The position numbers and the translations under genes were made by a program. Below the pieces are notes generated by a model. That model was not told the origin of the DNA, ran no database searches, and saw only the letters and a list, made by a program, of their open reading frames with translations. A DNA stretch of 64,000 nucleotides from Balanoglossus misakiensis (Eukaryota > Animalia > Hemichordata), in contig CM082594.2 in the NCBI GenBank assembly GCA_040954595.2, forward strand, positions 84,208-148,207. The letters are read 5' to 3'. This document shows positions 22,696 to 38,049 of the stretch, in pieces. The stretch's first letter is position 1. The number at the start of each line of letters is the position of its first letter.

Positions 22696-25337
22696 CTCCT
22701 TCAGCACTTTACTGCCCTGTAGCGCACTGTGTGACACTTGTAGTTGTGCATTCATAACCAGAAGGACGTGGCCGAACCTAGCGAGTATGAACCTATCACA
22801 GAAAAAATTCAAAGAACGATTTTTACCACCATGGTTTGGTCCAACGATCCCTTATTAGAGAGATGTCCGTAATCACAGGTTTTACTGTACAATACCTCTT
22901 CAGTGGAATCATTGTGTTTTTCAAAGTGCATCACAATATCAACTCCAATAAGCATAACAGTTTAATTTTCTGTGTATGCCATGCTATAACACAGGGAAGT
23001 CACAAGAGTGATTTGCAGCCCAACTTACCAGTAACTGTTGAACAATCCACAACGGGTGACATGGTTGGACACTTGGATCCCGCTGGACAAAGCGTGCATG
23101 TGCCGTCGCCTTCCATAGCATATTCACCATTGCCACAGTCGAGCGGATCTTACATTGGATCTGAACACGATTGTCCAGCAGGGCACAGAAGACAGGATGT
23201 GCGTGCAGGCTCCTCACTTATTTCATCTGATTAAAGAAAATGAGGTTTTTAGTGATGTATTTGTGATACAGTGTCATTTAAAATAACAAATTACTTGAGA
23301 TGATTCACTTCATAATTCTGAGACAAGTATACAGGCATGTAGAAAATTCTTTGGAGGACATTAAACGTCATTTCTAATCAACCATTTTCTGAATATCATA
23401 AGACTCTGCGAGATCTCACATGGCTAACCGGGTCTCGCAAGATCTCGCACTGAGTTGATAATCTGTTGTAAACACATACATACATACACACACACACATA
23501 CCCCCAGTCGCACTGACTTGAAAATCTGTTGTAAACACATACATGCAAACACACATACCCCTCAGTTTCATCACACAGCAAACTGAACAAGTACCACAAT
23601 CTTACCATTTGTACATCTGGTACAGTTTGTTGCACCAGCCAATGACACGTAACCCTTGGTACACTTGAATTGCGATGCACTGGGATCTATGCAGGCGTAC
23701 CCTTGCTCACAAATAGTACAATGTTCAGCACCAGCTGATCTGTAAATCAAACAGAGAATTTACACACCAAGTTAACCTTTGAATACCACTGTAAAAATTT
23801 GGTGCAAATTTTAATTATTTTCATAAATAGAGGTCTATTCAAATTTGGAAAAATTGTCATTTTTTCATTCATATATTATATCAGTAAATTTTAAATACAG
23901 AAATAGAAAATGATCCCATCCTATTTTTCAGTTAGTAAATTACCTGACCTAATGTTTGATGTTGGAAATAAAGGTGGGTGGGTAGAAGTTTACCTGTTAT
24001 GCAAGAGGTACAGCGAGACATCCTTTGTCCAAGGCCGAACTGTAATAACCAGCCGAGCATAAAATCACAGTGTTACCATTTGGACATTGGTTACCAGCTG
24101 GGCAATCAGCACATGATGTTTGTGCTGAAAATAAACAGAGATTTATAGAATCTTATAGTCACAGTCATACCTTCAAAGACGTGGGATTCTCACGCGGGTT
24201 GGGGAGACAAAAATCCCTGGCAAAAGATTGAGGACAGGAAAATGCCAATTCAGAGATATTGGTAACAGAAACTGTGTACAGTCAATGCCATACGGCAGTG
24301 TGCTGTTCTAACAACAGACAAGATCGTGACGATCATAGTCTGTGTCGGAGATTTGGAAAAGAGCAGATTTGGTGAAAAGACGGGACAAAACAAAAGTCTA
24401 CTTATACGATGCACATGAAAACTGGATGAAAGCGAAGCAGTCCACTATTTGAATGCATTGGATGTAAAATTGGCAGAATATTTGGACTGGACGTAATGTT
24501 TGTACGCACAGAATTACGTACATGCACATAAGATGATCGTCCGCCTTAAAGGCACGTAAGCTGCAACTGGATAAAAAAATTAAAGTTTTAAATAATCTCA
24601 TATATGCTTTTAATTATGTCTATTAAATGATATTTCATGATAATATATCAAGCTCAACACTTATTTATGACACAATGGCCAAAAATTAAAGAAAAAACGA
24701 AAATTCCTGCAATTTTAAAAAAAGTGCAATATTGCAATGAAAAATGGAAATCTGATGTCTCAGTGGTGTACATTTACTTCCATGAGCTCAAGTGGATGAG
24801 ATCATGTTTTGTTTAAGAAGTTTCAAAACCGGAAATGCAACATTTTCATTGTTTCTTGCATTTTCCCAGGGTGGCGGCCATAATCGCTTGCGGCAAAGCT
24901 TTATTATTTATCTGGTTAAAACTTGCATATGCACTCATATTTAGGGTTTATAATGCTTGTGTATAGTTCACTGCCTTCATCTGCATGGACTAATGGTAGT
25001 GCAGTTTTAAACAAAAATTATGAAAATTATCCCAAAAGTTACAGCTTACGTGCCTTTAAGTGAAAGATTACACAGTAATGCCCAAACTTTAAGTGCTGAC
25101 TCACCATCTATATTAGTGTAGTATCCATCTTCACACACCTCTGGCTCCGACATACCATCATATTGGCACTTATACCCGGGGCAGGACAAGGCGTACAGTC
25201 TATACTTCCATTGTTGGCAAAATATCCCAGTCCGCATTGTGTTGGTGATGAGAGGCTGGCTGTTCCACACATGAAACCCCTGGACACAGCGTGCATGCTT
25301 CAGAACATGCTGAACTTTAACTTCCAGCTGCGCAGTC
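22696..25337 (-). pseudogene. GCC2/GCC3-like exon cluster, copy 2
   Basis: Homologous to 5894-8535. Confidence 0.8.
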
Positions 25338-25403
25338 CTGTAGGAGTGAAGACGTCAACTATTAAGGAGGTTTAGGAGCCCTCTAGCCAGCAAACTTCAT
25401 CAA

Positions 25404-25820
25404 GGATGTACGTGCAGAACATAAACCGGAAACACTGCGTGTCCGGTCTTTTTCCCATAGGATTACATTGATAATCGCCAGAAAACAAACTTCTACTATT
25501 GTCATTTTCTCGAAATTTTACACATAGCTCAGTCCAGCAAATATAAATTCATTGGTCAAATAAAATATAGGGGTCACCGCGCTCTTTTTTGAGATAAATT
25601 GCATTAAGAATTTTGGCCATAGACAAACAAACCATTGGTGAAAAATGCTGAGTCAGCAGATTTCTTCTATTATCGACCAATTTCATGGCTCTGTATTTCA
25701 AAAACAAGCGCGGTGACCCCTATATTTTATTACGGATTTTCATTATACATACAAAAGAGAATAAAAAAATCCACAATTAAAAAAAATGACAATACTTTCC
25801 ATTTTATTGAACGTACATCC
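25404..25820. mobile_element. Kolobok-like MITE, copy 2
   Basis: Homologous to 8602-9018. Confidence 0.7.
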
Positions 25821-26304
25821 TTAATGTTACTTAGGTAGTGGAGCACCAAAACCCAAATTTTCATATCGATTGTGTATTTTGTGATAAAAGCACCAAACTT
25901 GGCTCAGATGTGTGTTAATGTGTACTGAACAAATTCAGATAGCGAGTCACTAAATATCTGTTGAAGAGTTTCCATGGCAACCAATTTTTTTTCAAAATGG
26001 CCGCAAATACAGATAATCACACCTGTTAAACATCAAAATAAATTCAGATTACAATATTTGAAACAAGAAACTACGGAAAGAATGGTTTGCAATAGAACTA
26101 TGGTTATTAAACTACAAATGTACTTATAAGGGTAACTAAGGGATCAAAATACAGGTGCAACTTTCAATCCCTGGTACTCGCATTAGTATAGGTGCTCCCC
26201 CTAGTCAAACATTACGGCTAGTTGCGATATTTAACTTGAAGTACGTAAATTACACACACACGAATCGCAACAGTTAGCGAGTCACTAAATATCTATTGAA
26301 GAGT

Positions 26305-28315
26305 GACTATGCAGTATTCAAGATCCACCCTTTCCACAATACGTGTGAACTTCTACTCTCTACATGGAATGTCCGCTCAGCTAGATGCAAATCATTAGAC
26401 ATTGCAGACTACATCACAGATAAAGAAATTGATATTCTTGTACTCACTGAAACATGGTTGAAGGAATCTGGTGACGAACACGTAATGGCTGAATGTACAC
26501 CACCAGGCTATGCTGTCAAACATCTACCTGGGGTTGGCAAGATCGGTGGAGGCTTAGCTTAAATTCATAAGCTAGCACTAAAATTAACAGCTTGGAAGCC
26601 TATTCTCTCTGTTAAATCTTTTGAGGCAGCGGAAGCAACTATTCTTCACCAGAAACTTTCCATGAAAATAATTCTTGTCTACCGTCCACCACCATCAGTT
26701 AATAATAAATTCACCGCACCACAGTTCATGGAAGAGTTCAGTACAACACTTGAGAAGTATGTCACCTGCTCAAGTAATCTCTTCATCGTAGGAGATTTCA
26801 ATATTCACCTAGAAGATGATAAGAATCCAGTAACACAGAAATTCAATGGAATCATCAGCGCCTGTAATCTGAAACAATGGGTCCAACAACCAACACACAG
26901 AAAGGGTCATACTCTTGATCTCATCTTATCTAACTCTGCGTCTAACATCAAGAGTGTCTCTGTAGACTGCTTGGAACTCTCTGATCACAATTCTGTCAAT
27001 GCAAAACTTGCTCTTCCGAAACCAACACACAGTAGACGTCAAATATCTTATCGTCATATCTGCCATTTCAATTGATAGTTTCAGCCATGATCTCGACAAA
27101 ATACATCAAATGTCCTAGCCTCCAAATGACCTCTCCTCAGCCATATCAGCTTATAACCAACCCGTCAGTCTCCATCTAAAACACGTGTACTTGATCTCAT
27201 CCCTACAGCACTTGATAAGCAATGTCTTGGTAATCTGCTCACTATCATAGCCACAATTATCAATTTGTCACTCAAAACTGGAACTGTTCCTGAATAACTT
27301 AAAATAGCAGTCATCACACCAATATACTCAAGAAACCTTCGCTCGACAAAAACATTTTCAAGAACTATAGACCAGTTTCAAACCTAACCTTCCTGTCAAA
27401 AGTAATCGGGAAGATTGTAGCACAACAACTGACATCATATTTGACTACCAACTCACTACAAGAACCACTGCAGTCAGCGTACCGAAAGGATCACAGTACC
27501 GAAACAGCACTTACTAAAGTCAACAACGATATTTGTATGGCACTGGATGCCGGTAAATGTGTACTCATGGTTCTCCTCGATCTCTCCTCTGTGTTTGATA
27601 CCATAGATCACGACACAATCATCTCAAGGTTATCAAAACTGGGCATCACCAACATCGCACTACAATGGTTCTCATCATATCTTAAGAACAGACAGCAGTT
27701 TGTATGGCACAATGTCAGAACCTCAATATCTACAATATGGAGTACCACACGGTTCAGTGCTTGGCCCACTTTTGTTCTGCAGCTACATCCAACCACTTGC
27801 TCAACTTATTTGTCACCACAACATCAATTTTCACCAATATGCCGATGACAACCAACTATACCAATATTTCTTCCAGTTAGACACCATAAGTACATTAGAC
27901 AAGATGGAAAGGGCAGTTCACGAAATAAAAACCTGGATGACACATAATAAACTTCAACTAAATGTTGGCAAACCCGAGGTACTCCTGATAAGGTCTCAGT
28001 TCAACCGCTCGCCTCGTCCCATAAACCACATGAGCATTGGATCATGTTGTGTTCAAATTGTGAATTCTGCACGGAATATAGGTGTGACATTCGACGACAA
28101 TTACACTTTCAATAAGCACATTAATGCAATTTGCAAGTCAATTTTCTTCCATCTGCGTCAAATCAGCCACATTCGCCGTTACCTCACTAAGGAAGTTTGC
28201 CAGATGCTGGTTCATGCTCTAATCACATCAAAACTGGACTACTGCATTGCAATACTCTGTGGTTTACCATCATCATGCATTCAACCGCTACAGCATGCCC
28301 TGAATTCTGCAGCCA
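26305..28315 (+). mobile_element. Defective L2/CR1 LINE, copy 2
   Basis: APE and RT motifs; ORF 27700-28500 contains [14 protein letters not shown]...YADD. Confidence 0.93.
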
Positions 28316-28825
28316 CCATGGCCTCCTTCACAAAAACCTCACCAGACCCCATAATGCCTCCAGCTCTTACACCACACCTTATACCCACCACAAATCCTAG
28401 CCATCACCCAACCTATCATAGCCCAAACAATCCAAACCCAATCAAAATTGACCCTAGCCCCACTTATCAAGCCATCAATGCTCAACGGCAACCCAAATAA
28501 CACTTAACTTAAAGATTGGCATAAATCCAAACTCATACCACTGCGACCCCAAATATACAACACAAAGACTCAATCACGAACCAATACCTACCATTTGTAG
28601 CAAATACACGATCAAAGATTTGATCCCATCTATCATCCATATATCATCAGAAAGTTGGGACGATGAGCAATGGGGCAGAGACTGATCATCAAAAATTTGA
28701 GACAGGGAATTCCAACAAATGAGATCATTAAGTTAAATATGCAAAGCAAATCAGAAAAGAGAATCAGAAGATTTTCTCCGAAGGACACCTTGCAAATTCA
28801 TGATTGGAAAGACACTGCAGTCACA

Positions 28826-30020
28826 TGTATATTGTAGTGTCCAAACACTAGTGAGCATCTATACTTTATACATTCTGTAAAATGACGTAATGCAACATTC
28901 GGGTCATTATGAATAAAATGCGTGAATGAGGCTAGGCACTCTCACTCTTACATGCCGGACTTGGTGTCTCATGTTGTCATTATTGCCCACCCACGATTCT
29001 ATATTTGGCGACGAGGACGGAGAACATGGAGAATCAGCTAGCCGTCAATGCCGAGTTTTCCTGTTCATTCAGTCTCGACAACCACCAGTACGAGATGGAA
29101 AAAGTACATGGTTAGAGTAGAAAACGCATTTGTCGCATTCAACATTACAGATGACAAGCGACAACGTGCACTGCTATTGCACTGGGCAGGTGAGGAAGTT
29201 TCCGACTTCTTTGATACTCTACCAGATACAGGAACGAGCTGTGAAACAGCCAAATTAAAGCTTACGTCGTACTTCTCACCCAAACGGAACATTGAATACG
29301 AACGATTCATCTTCAGAGACACCATACAAAACAACGGCGAATCGATTGATGCCTATCACACTTGTTTGCAACGCCTAGCAGAAACATATGTGACTTCACC
29401 AATAAGGATCAAGAGGTCAAATCACAAATCATACGAGGATTCACATCAGCCCGTCTCAGACGTCGTGCTCTTTGGGAGGAGACGACACTAGAGAATCTAC
29501 TGAGTACAGCCCGTTCATTTGAGGTATCAGAGGTTCAGGCTAGTGGGATTGAGGAGAAACCCCATAATAATGGTGCAGACACGGCATCTGTGAATGCGGT
29601 CAGAAAACAGCGCCATCAACGCCCGAAACCAAATAAACAAAAGAGAGCTCATCAGCAGCCAGCGAAAGGACCGTCCACTTGTTATTATTGTGGTGGCACC
29701 TATCCACATGACTCAGTATGTCCAGCTAAAGGCAAGTCATGCAGGAAGTGTGGCAAACCTAACTATTTTGCCAAATGCTACCGATCAAAAGACAAGGCAA
29801 ATAGGGTAGACAAGGATGAAACTGTCAAAGCTGTGCATAAAGTGGAAGACAGCTCGGGAGATGAATACTGCTTCACTGTACAACAATCAAATGGCAGGAG
29901 GCCTCAAGTAACAGTGCAGATAGAACAAACAGCAGTTGCCTCACTGATCGACCCTGGTTCTACAATAAACATGATGAGTGTAAACACATACAACAACCTA
30001 AAGAACAAACCCATGTGGCA
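28826..30020 (+). mobile_element. Truncated Gypsy element, copy 2
   Basis: PBS plus gag/protease ORFs 29048-30126. Confidence 0.9.
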
Positions 30021-31525
30021 AACAGAAAGCCTGTTTTACCACTGCCAGCAGTGCATTATTGAGTATTTTAGCATCGCTGGATTTAGCTCTCGTTCAATCA
30101 GAATTGCGGACGGTAGCATGATATAATATAATTGAGAATAAATCTCACGACAAGTGTACAGTTTGACAATGTACACAGATAATCCGTTTCAACAATGTTT
30201 CCTTTGTAGTGTGAATAAAACTGCACACTTTGCAAGTTTTCAACTTCAAAACACTATGGCTATTACAAAGACAAAGCTGCTAATATACAGTGTATACCTG
30301 TCATTTTTGTTTGTGGTGAGATTTTCATTGGCACAGTCGCACAGAGCTCACACAAGAGGAAATTACACTTTCTGTTGAATTCACTGCATCCTGCTAACTT
30401 TAAGTCATATATCCAGTGAAACATTAAGTTATAGAATTTTCCATCGCAGTATTCTGTTTTATATACATGTATAGCAGTCCCACACATATTGATTAATTTG
30501 ACAAAAGAAACTGACTGACAATTTTCACAACGCTCCCAGTATAGCATCCTTGGCAGGTGCACGTCAATGCCCCACACGAGGTTAGGGTTGGCAAGTGCTG
30601 CCATTTTGACATGGGTTGTTAGCACTGATCAATTCCTACGCATGACAGAAAAATGAAGAATTAGGCTATGGGCCGGACCTGCCTATCGTTTCAAAACGCA
30701 CTCTGTATATTAGGGTCTATTTCTTTTACATAAAAACAAGTCTTCTTGCTCTAATATGATAAAAGAAAAAAACTTCAACTTAAATATTGCGTCCTCAGAG
30801 GTAATATCGAGCCCTAAAAATCAGGTATGCTAATGCGGTTAAAGGTCGTGCAGTTCTCCTTATAACAAGCGATCTTATTGGTGGTTACGTGACTGCACCA
30901 ATCACAGAATGCGTTATGTCACTCAGCAATTACACACGCAGGGCAAACTATCAGGCAGCTACATGTATACTAGTATACATGTTACAGAAGATTAAACAGA
31001 ATTGTTGGTAAGGAAAGTTTGAGCAGACTAGTCCATTCAATGTAAAAAATGGTGCTGATTCCAAAAAAGTCAGTCTTATTGACCCCTTTCAAGACAAAAT
31101 TGCCATTTTTGCCACTTTTAACCCAAAAGGTCATTTAAAAAACACTCAAAACACACTGTTTTCATCACATTCGGAGATCTGATGACATTTGAGGATTATG
31201 CGGAAACAGTGACACACCAGAATAAAAATTACAGGTGACATTTGCAAGCAGATATGATCTGACCATATAGAAATATGGAATGTAAAAACATTAACAAGGA
31301 ACATGCCCAATAAACTGTCATGTGTCATGGCAGTCTTACAAGTGGTGCTAGAAAAAAAAATGACCAAAAATTGTCTGTACAAACACATATGCGAAGCAAC
31401 TTCTTTCAGTCAGCCCTGGAACAGACACACACTGACCTGCCACTGGTAATTAAAATTTGATAGCTGGTGGTCTCTGTAACAGCTGGCCTATTTAAGTTAT
31501 GTAAACATGTCTTTGTTCGAGGTAA

Positions 31526-32563
31526 CAACTCCTTGTAAATAGTAACTTTAAAAACAACTGGACAATTTGTTTAGGAGAAGATTTGCTAACCAAAAACTAG
31601 GAAACTTACCAAAAAAACTCGCTAAATATTTAATCTTTCTGATCTCAGAACCGAATAAAAGTTGCACATATACAGGTATGTGTTATGAAATTATATCCTA
31701 AATTTCAAAGCAATCAGAGAAAAAACTAATTTCAAAGCAATCCAACAAGCAGTTTCACAGAAAATATTTGTTCAAAAGTGGCAAAAACACAAATATGCAA
31801 ATATCACCAAAATTGTACAATATCTTACTTCAATCACTACAAGGAACATGCTGCCTAAGTTCAATGCAATAGGACAAGCGGTTTCAGAGAAAACAATTTT
31901 TGACAAAAATTGCAAAAGTTTCCACGATAACACATTTATGCAAATATCTTTTTTTTTTACAACATATTATTTAGGTTACCCCTACGAACATGCCTACCAA
32001 ATTGGAAAGCAATCTGGCATGAGGTTTTAAAGAAAAACATTTTTTGACCAAAAATGGCAAATATTGCTCAAAATTATAGATATGCAAATTTTGCAACAAT
32101 TTGAACAAAACTATGGTTACTTAGACAACATTAGGAGGCTTCATACTAAATTTCAAAGACTTTTTACCAATAACATGGAAAAATACAAAAAAATGCAAAA
32201 AAAATAGGAAATCGATAATATTAGCTCAAAACATACAGGATTGTATGAGGTTGATATAAGGTACATGCATACCAATTTTCAAATCAATATGACCAGTGGT
32301 TGTCCAGTTTTTGAGTTTTGACCAATTTCACATTTTCCCAGCTAATTTGCATATTTTTGGCAATGACATCTTCATTTGAACAAACTCCCATCTACAGCCC
32401 TGCCTGCATCTACACGCCAAATATCGAGGTCATACGCGCTGCGGTTTTCAAGTTTTCGATGTGGACGGACATACAGACATACATCCATCCATCCATCCAT
32501 CCATACATACAGACGTAACCAATCCCATAAGGTCCCATGGTACATACCAATGGGACCTAAAAA
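31526..32563 (-). mobile_element. Helentron/HINE-like remnant, copy 2
   Basis: Homologous to 14700-15740. Confidence 0.6.
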
Positions 32564-32575
32564 CTTGTGACTTAC

Positions 32576-35500
32576 ATGTAACACATGTTTGCCCAGTGTA
32601 GCAGGTTGGACAGTTGCAGGTGTAGATTGAGCAGGAGCCTTGAAGTGGCTGATACACTCCGTTATTCAGACATGGGTTTAAAAGACACTGGTTGATCGCT
32701 AAGGGTGAGAGAAATGAAAAGTATCACATTAGGGTCTTACACACTTGAGTGGGAAGTGAAATCTGTAGCAGACTGTCAGAAGATTGCACATCCGTGTGAT
32801 CATGTTCATGTGTGAAGGATAATGAAGACCACTTGATCCAAGCTTGGTGCTACCATCTTTATCATAATTACAGCATCTTATAATATTTACTAGTTGGGGG
32901 TGGGGTGGGGTGGGGGTGGGGGTAGTTGATGTCATAACTTTCTGATGTTTCAATTTACGGTTGGAAAAATAGCAACATCTACTCTGATGAGCATTTGAGT
33001 CAATGAAAGTATACATCATGGCTACGGTAGTGCATATAAGTCTCTTGGTTAGCTGCACAATCACAGGCAACTTTATTGAGACAATATCAATGACAAAGCC
33101 CAGCGATTTCTACTTTGTGCGGCAAATCTGACACTGGTTTGCTTACGTTCAGCGCACGTGGTTCCGATGAAACAGCGCGAACTCTGGCATCTGAACTCGG
33201 TGCAGGACACTTGCTGGCAGAATCCACTGTTTAGACAAGGGTTGGGCTAACACGGATTCAAATCTGTGCACAGAAGAGAAAGTGATATAAATTGTGTACA
33301 GTTAATATTTACTACATATACTTTAAACAGATTTGTGCAGTCAGGGTTGAGTGGTAAAAATCTCAGTTGGTCAACAGAACATCACTGTGACAAATTTCTT
33401 CCATGTTCAACAAAAGAAACGTAATGAAATTTTGACACAGGTGTAATAGTGTCTTAGTGTACCATACGGTGCAGGTTGTTGTTTGGTCAAATACACAATC
33501 CCCTTTTATGGCACACACATTCTTAATAAATTTCCCCAAAATTGTGTCGTTATTCACTGTTTGATACAGGTTGGAAGAAACCAACTGCAAGCCGATTATG
33601 TGTTATGTTATTATGTTCCTCTTCATCTGAAATTTAAAATCACTCACATGTCTGACATAAATCGCCGGAGTAACAGCTTGTACAGGAGCATGTGAATTCA
33701 GTACACCAATTGGGCGTCAGCACACAGTTTCCACCATTCTGACACTGGATGGGTTGACACTGGTTGACAGCTGTGGGATGTGCAGTCAAGATATTGTCAA
33801 AATTACAGAATCTACAAACTACACTCCACAGTCATGTACATGTATACATGACAACAACCAAAGGGCTGTTTTGAAAAACCAAATGCTGTGAAATCCTTTA
33901 GAGTGTGACAAGAAACCACAGTTGCAACCGAAAACAAAAATAGTGATAGCATTAAGCTAGCCCAAAGTTTGAGTTACCAGGGCTTTAATATGTGTACCGT
34001 ACTTATATTATATAATACATAACAAGTGTTTTGCATTGAATAAAATAATATTGGTTTGTACATACGCATTGTACATGTGGCACCAGTGAAGCATTCGGTA
34101 CACATACAGTCAAACAGGAAACAGCCGTCTCGCGCAACGCATGTGCCACCATTTTGACAAGGCATAGAGTATAACTGATCAATGGCTGCCAAAACAAAAA
34201 TGAAAGTATCAATTACCTGCTTGTCAAAAACTTGTACATGTACTTGTGATGTTCATTTCGTTTAAATATGTGAGCAATGTCTTCATTCCTTGTTTCAAAC
34301 CTGTACATTTAAAATAACATAATGATGCTATTGCTAGGATTTTTCTGTAAGAATCTTGAAAAATTAAAAAATGTGCCGTCAACATGATACAGAAGGCTTT
34401 CCTTTTTAACGTGCACCTCACACTCAATTTTGACCCTACATCAGCAAATTTTGAAAGGATGAAACTTAGTAATGCTTCCACCCCATTTATTGGTGTATGG
34501 GTCCATCTATCACATTGAGAATACCAAAAATGAGGGTTTATATACCACGCTGTGTCATAAAACAGTAATTCGACACACCTACGGCACAGATGGCCCCAGT
34601 CCAACACTACTGGCAGTAACAGGTGTAGTCAGTATAAGAATTTGGTGTTTGGGAACAATAGCCTCCATTTTGACACGGATTCTGATCACATGGGTTAATG
34701 ACTATCAGAAAAAAAATAGTTTAAAAAACATGAAATGCAGATGGCTACACCTCAACCAAAGATGATTCCTGCACCACAACAAAATCCTTTGACACAAGCA
34801 TTATACTGGAACCATACCCAGAACACGCATTAAGTATATGATGAAGGGACAATGTCTCTATTTTGGGTAATACAGTAAAACCTGTCTTTATGGACACCTC
34901 TCTAATCAGAACACCTAGTAAGATTGATTTTTCAAGCCAAATAGTAAGGATAATTAAGGACGTCTCTTTTACTTAATACTCAGATGTGTGCACCACCTTA
35001 GGAGAGATTACCTCATATGCACAATTATCTCTACAGACACTAGTCTTCAAGAGGCAACTCTTGTATATTTGAGTGATGAAAACATCCAGCTTCGTACACT
35101 TCCTCACAAGTTCGTGCCTATCCTAAATTGCACGGACATACAAATGAAATTTCTGTTTTCTTTTCTCTTGTGGAAATTTTAGAAATGAGAAGTTACCACA
35201 CAATTCAATTGCCATGAAGAGAAAGTGCCCAAAAGATTGTCATTTACGGTACGTCAGAAACTTACATATTTCACAACGGTTACCCTCATAGCAACCAGTA
35301 CAGGCACAGGTATATGCCGTGCAGGAGTTGGCCACTGCATTACATACAGCCCCGTTGAGACAGCTGTTTCGCTGGCATGGATCTTGGACTGCAATAAAAA
35401 GTGCAACCTAATGTTATCTCAGCAATATTTACTTTCAAAATCTGTTTGATAAAAACATCATCATTACCATTACTGTAAATACTGAACAGAACTTCACTTC

Positions 35501-37823
35501 CAAAAACAACTTGCTCATTCTGGGACGCACTTGTGGGGCTATGAAAATCTCTGTATATGTATCTTGTGTAGGGAAAATTTTCATGAACGATCAACATTTT
35601 TTTCTTCAAATAAACATGTTTTCTTTCAGTTGTACATCATTTTTGAGGTGAACGATTCCCAAGGCCCAAGGTGTGATGCTGAAGATGAAAATATAAAGTA
35701 TGACCAACAGACAATGTATTGAGACATGATTGTAAATGTTAGTTCCTGCATGACAAAATGTTTGTTTTAATGAGTTTTACACTGGCTGCAGTGTGTGCCG
35801 GTGAAACATCCTGGACAAGTACACTCATAAGTTGTACACGACAGCCGAGTACACTGCCCATTGTTCAGGCATGGACTTGGCCTACATGGAGTTTGTTCTG
35901 TTTCAATGGAATGAAAATAAATAAATAGTAGTGACATAAGTTTTTAGGGTATGACCATTTCCTTAATTCCTACAGCTGTGGTTCTATCGGGTTCTCCTAT
36001 AACTAAGCCTCCTTAATGTATAACTGAACAATAAGAATTACTTATTATACTTTTGGGAGTTTAGGACTTAGTAATTGCAAAAAAGACTCAATTCCTGAAA
36101 GTGCCTATTTGGTTTGTCACATCCTAAATATACAGGTAATTTCATAGCTGCCAGCTATGACAAATATACCGGTATGAGGGGGGAAAAACAGTTCCTCGTC
36201 TGATAAATTTACCTTGGTCACAGGTGATTCCAATGATACAGCCTTGACAGCGACAGGTAAACGCACTGCACGATCCACTGATTGGCTCACAGATACCGTT
36301 GTTCATGCACGGATTGGGAGAACATTGATCGAGTCCTGGGGGTTGCATGTAAATCAACCAACAATTGCATATTAACATCACAAGTCATTTCACTATTTTT
36401 TCATTCCAAACTTAAAAGATTGCTTGTAACTTGCTGAACAAATATTCATATGGACAGACTATTCTAGCTTGGAACAGGCAAAATCAAGGGTGCCCTGACG
36501 CCCAACTTTTAAGAGCAGTTCATTTACTGAAACTGCCAGCACCCAATATTATCCCACATGTAATCAATATGTGGAAATCAAATACATCTGTAACAGTTTT
36601 AATTTACCATGTGGGTATTTGCATGGAGGGCCATAGTATTTGTTACCTACTGATAAAATACCCTTCAAAACAATATCCTCATTTCTTCAGAAGTTTGGCA
36701 ACAAGACCAATAAAGTTTCACATCAAAATTTACAATGTATAAATAAGCTTAAAAGATCTACGGAATGAAGATGGCTTGTTTGTTTGCAGGGTGTCTTGAA
36801 AGTATATACTCACTTGTTTGATCATGGACCCTAGAGAAAGAAGGACGCGCAACTCCAGTTTTTTCTTGAAATGATGTTCTTTTGCATACATTATTTCCAG
36901 ATAAATCCCAATAATCCAATTTGCAAATAAACTGTGTATAAACTAACGCAAAGTCTCGTGTTTTGTGTGAAGTTATCACAACACCTCAGAACATCTCGCA
37001 GAAGACGAGAAAACTGCAACGTGGTTGAACGCAGCGATTATTTATGGAACACATCTGGACAAGTTAAACAGGAATTTGAATCTGAGTCTGACAGCGTCCA
37101 AAACAAGCATCTTTTGTCTAACAGTCCGGGTATTTCACAAGGCTGTGAGCTAACCGTACCGAGGGTTGCCTGGCGGCCATAGCGCACACATGATAATCCA
37201 CCCAGTTTGTTTACCAATTGTTTTCGTGAAATCTGTTTTATTGTTCACGCACTGCGAAATAAAATGCCCCTAAACCACAATTTTTATTTCAATGCTTCAC
37301 GCAAACATAAAATTATTACGAAAAGTGTCAGCGTTACTAAGAAATATGAGTGCCCAGTCGGACATGCAAAAAACATGGATGATTTGTTTACAATTTTTAA
37401 ATGAAGCTTGTGGCACTAGAAATGACCGTTCAACCGACAGACGAACACCAAACCATAATAATTAGCACAGACATCGTAATACTTTTAGAATTTTAGAAAA
37501 AAACGCAGTGGCTGCTGAAATGCAGTAGTGCCAGTTTGGTGGCAAGTTTTCGCATCACTGGTGGGGTCGACACGTGCCGAAGTAAGGAAGTCATTGTCCG
37601 ACTGTCCTGGGTGTTAATTATATACAAAAAAAACATCATCATACAGATAATCCCCAAACCCTTTGATCTTTGCCGCAGTTGCTCGCCCTTCTTTTTCTAG
37701 GGTCTATGGTTTGACAGATGTCACCTGTGTAAGAGTTCACACACTGGCATGAATAGAAATTGCACGATGTTTGCTGGCAAAATCCACCATTCATACATGG
37801 GTTGGGATCACAGGGGTTTTGCA
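32576..37823 (-). pseudogene. EGF exon cluster of copy 3 (exons a-i)
   Basis: Homologous exons. Extra stop in exon b; j and k deleted. Confidence 0.85.
36823..37708. mobile_element. P-like MITE, copy 3
   Basis: Same TIRs; left TSD mutated to GTTTGAT. Confidence 0.88.
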
Positions 37824-38049
37824 CTGGAAATTAAGAAAGGACGCCATTTTATTCCTTGCTACTCATTCTACAGTACAGATATGGCAAAAACCTTGCAGAA
37901 TTATGGCAAGGGTTGACTGGTTGACTTCTCAGGACACCATGTATAGCAAGCTGTTGAACTCAAAAAATATGTAAAACTACAAGTGATGTAAACAACTTGT
38001 GGAACCATGTTCAAATCGAGACAAGAAGAAAAGGGATTTCAAGACTTAC

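Larger units (their letters stand above)
15818..32640. repeat. Tandem unit, copy 2 (most complete)
   Basis: Collinear and near-identical to copy 1. Private ~151-bp deletion at ~20940 and an 11-bp shorter G-tract at ~16073. Confidence 0.98.

Noticed and set aside
27700-28500. 266-aa RT ORF as a domesticated or active reverse transcriptase (retron/DGR-like diversifier of the EGF exons)
   Set aside because: It is an L2/CR1 RT fragment, frameshifted upstream with QG>HG in the conserved motif and 3'-truncated. No template/variable repeat pair is visible.
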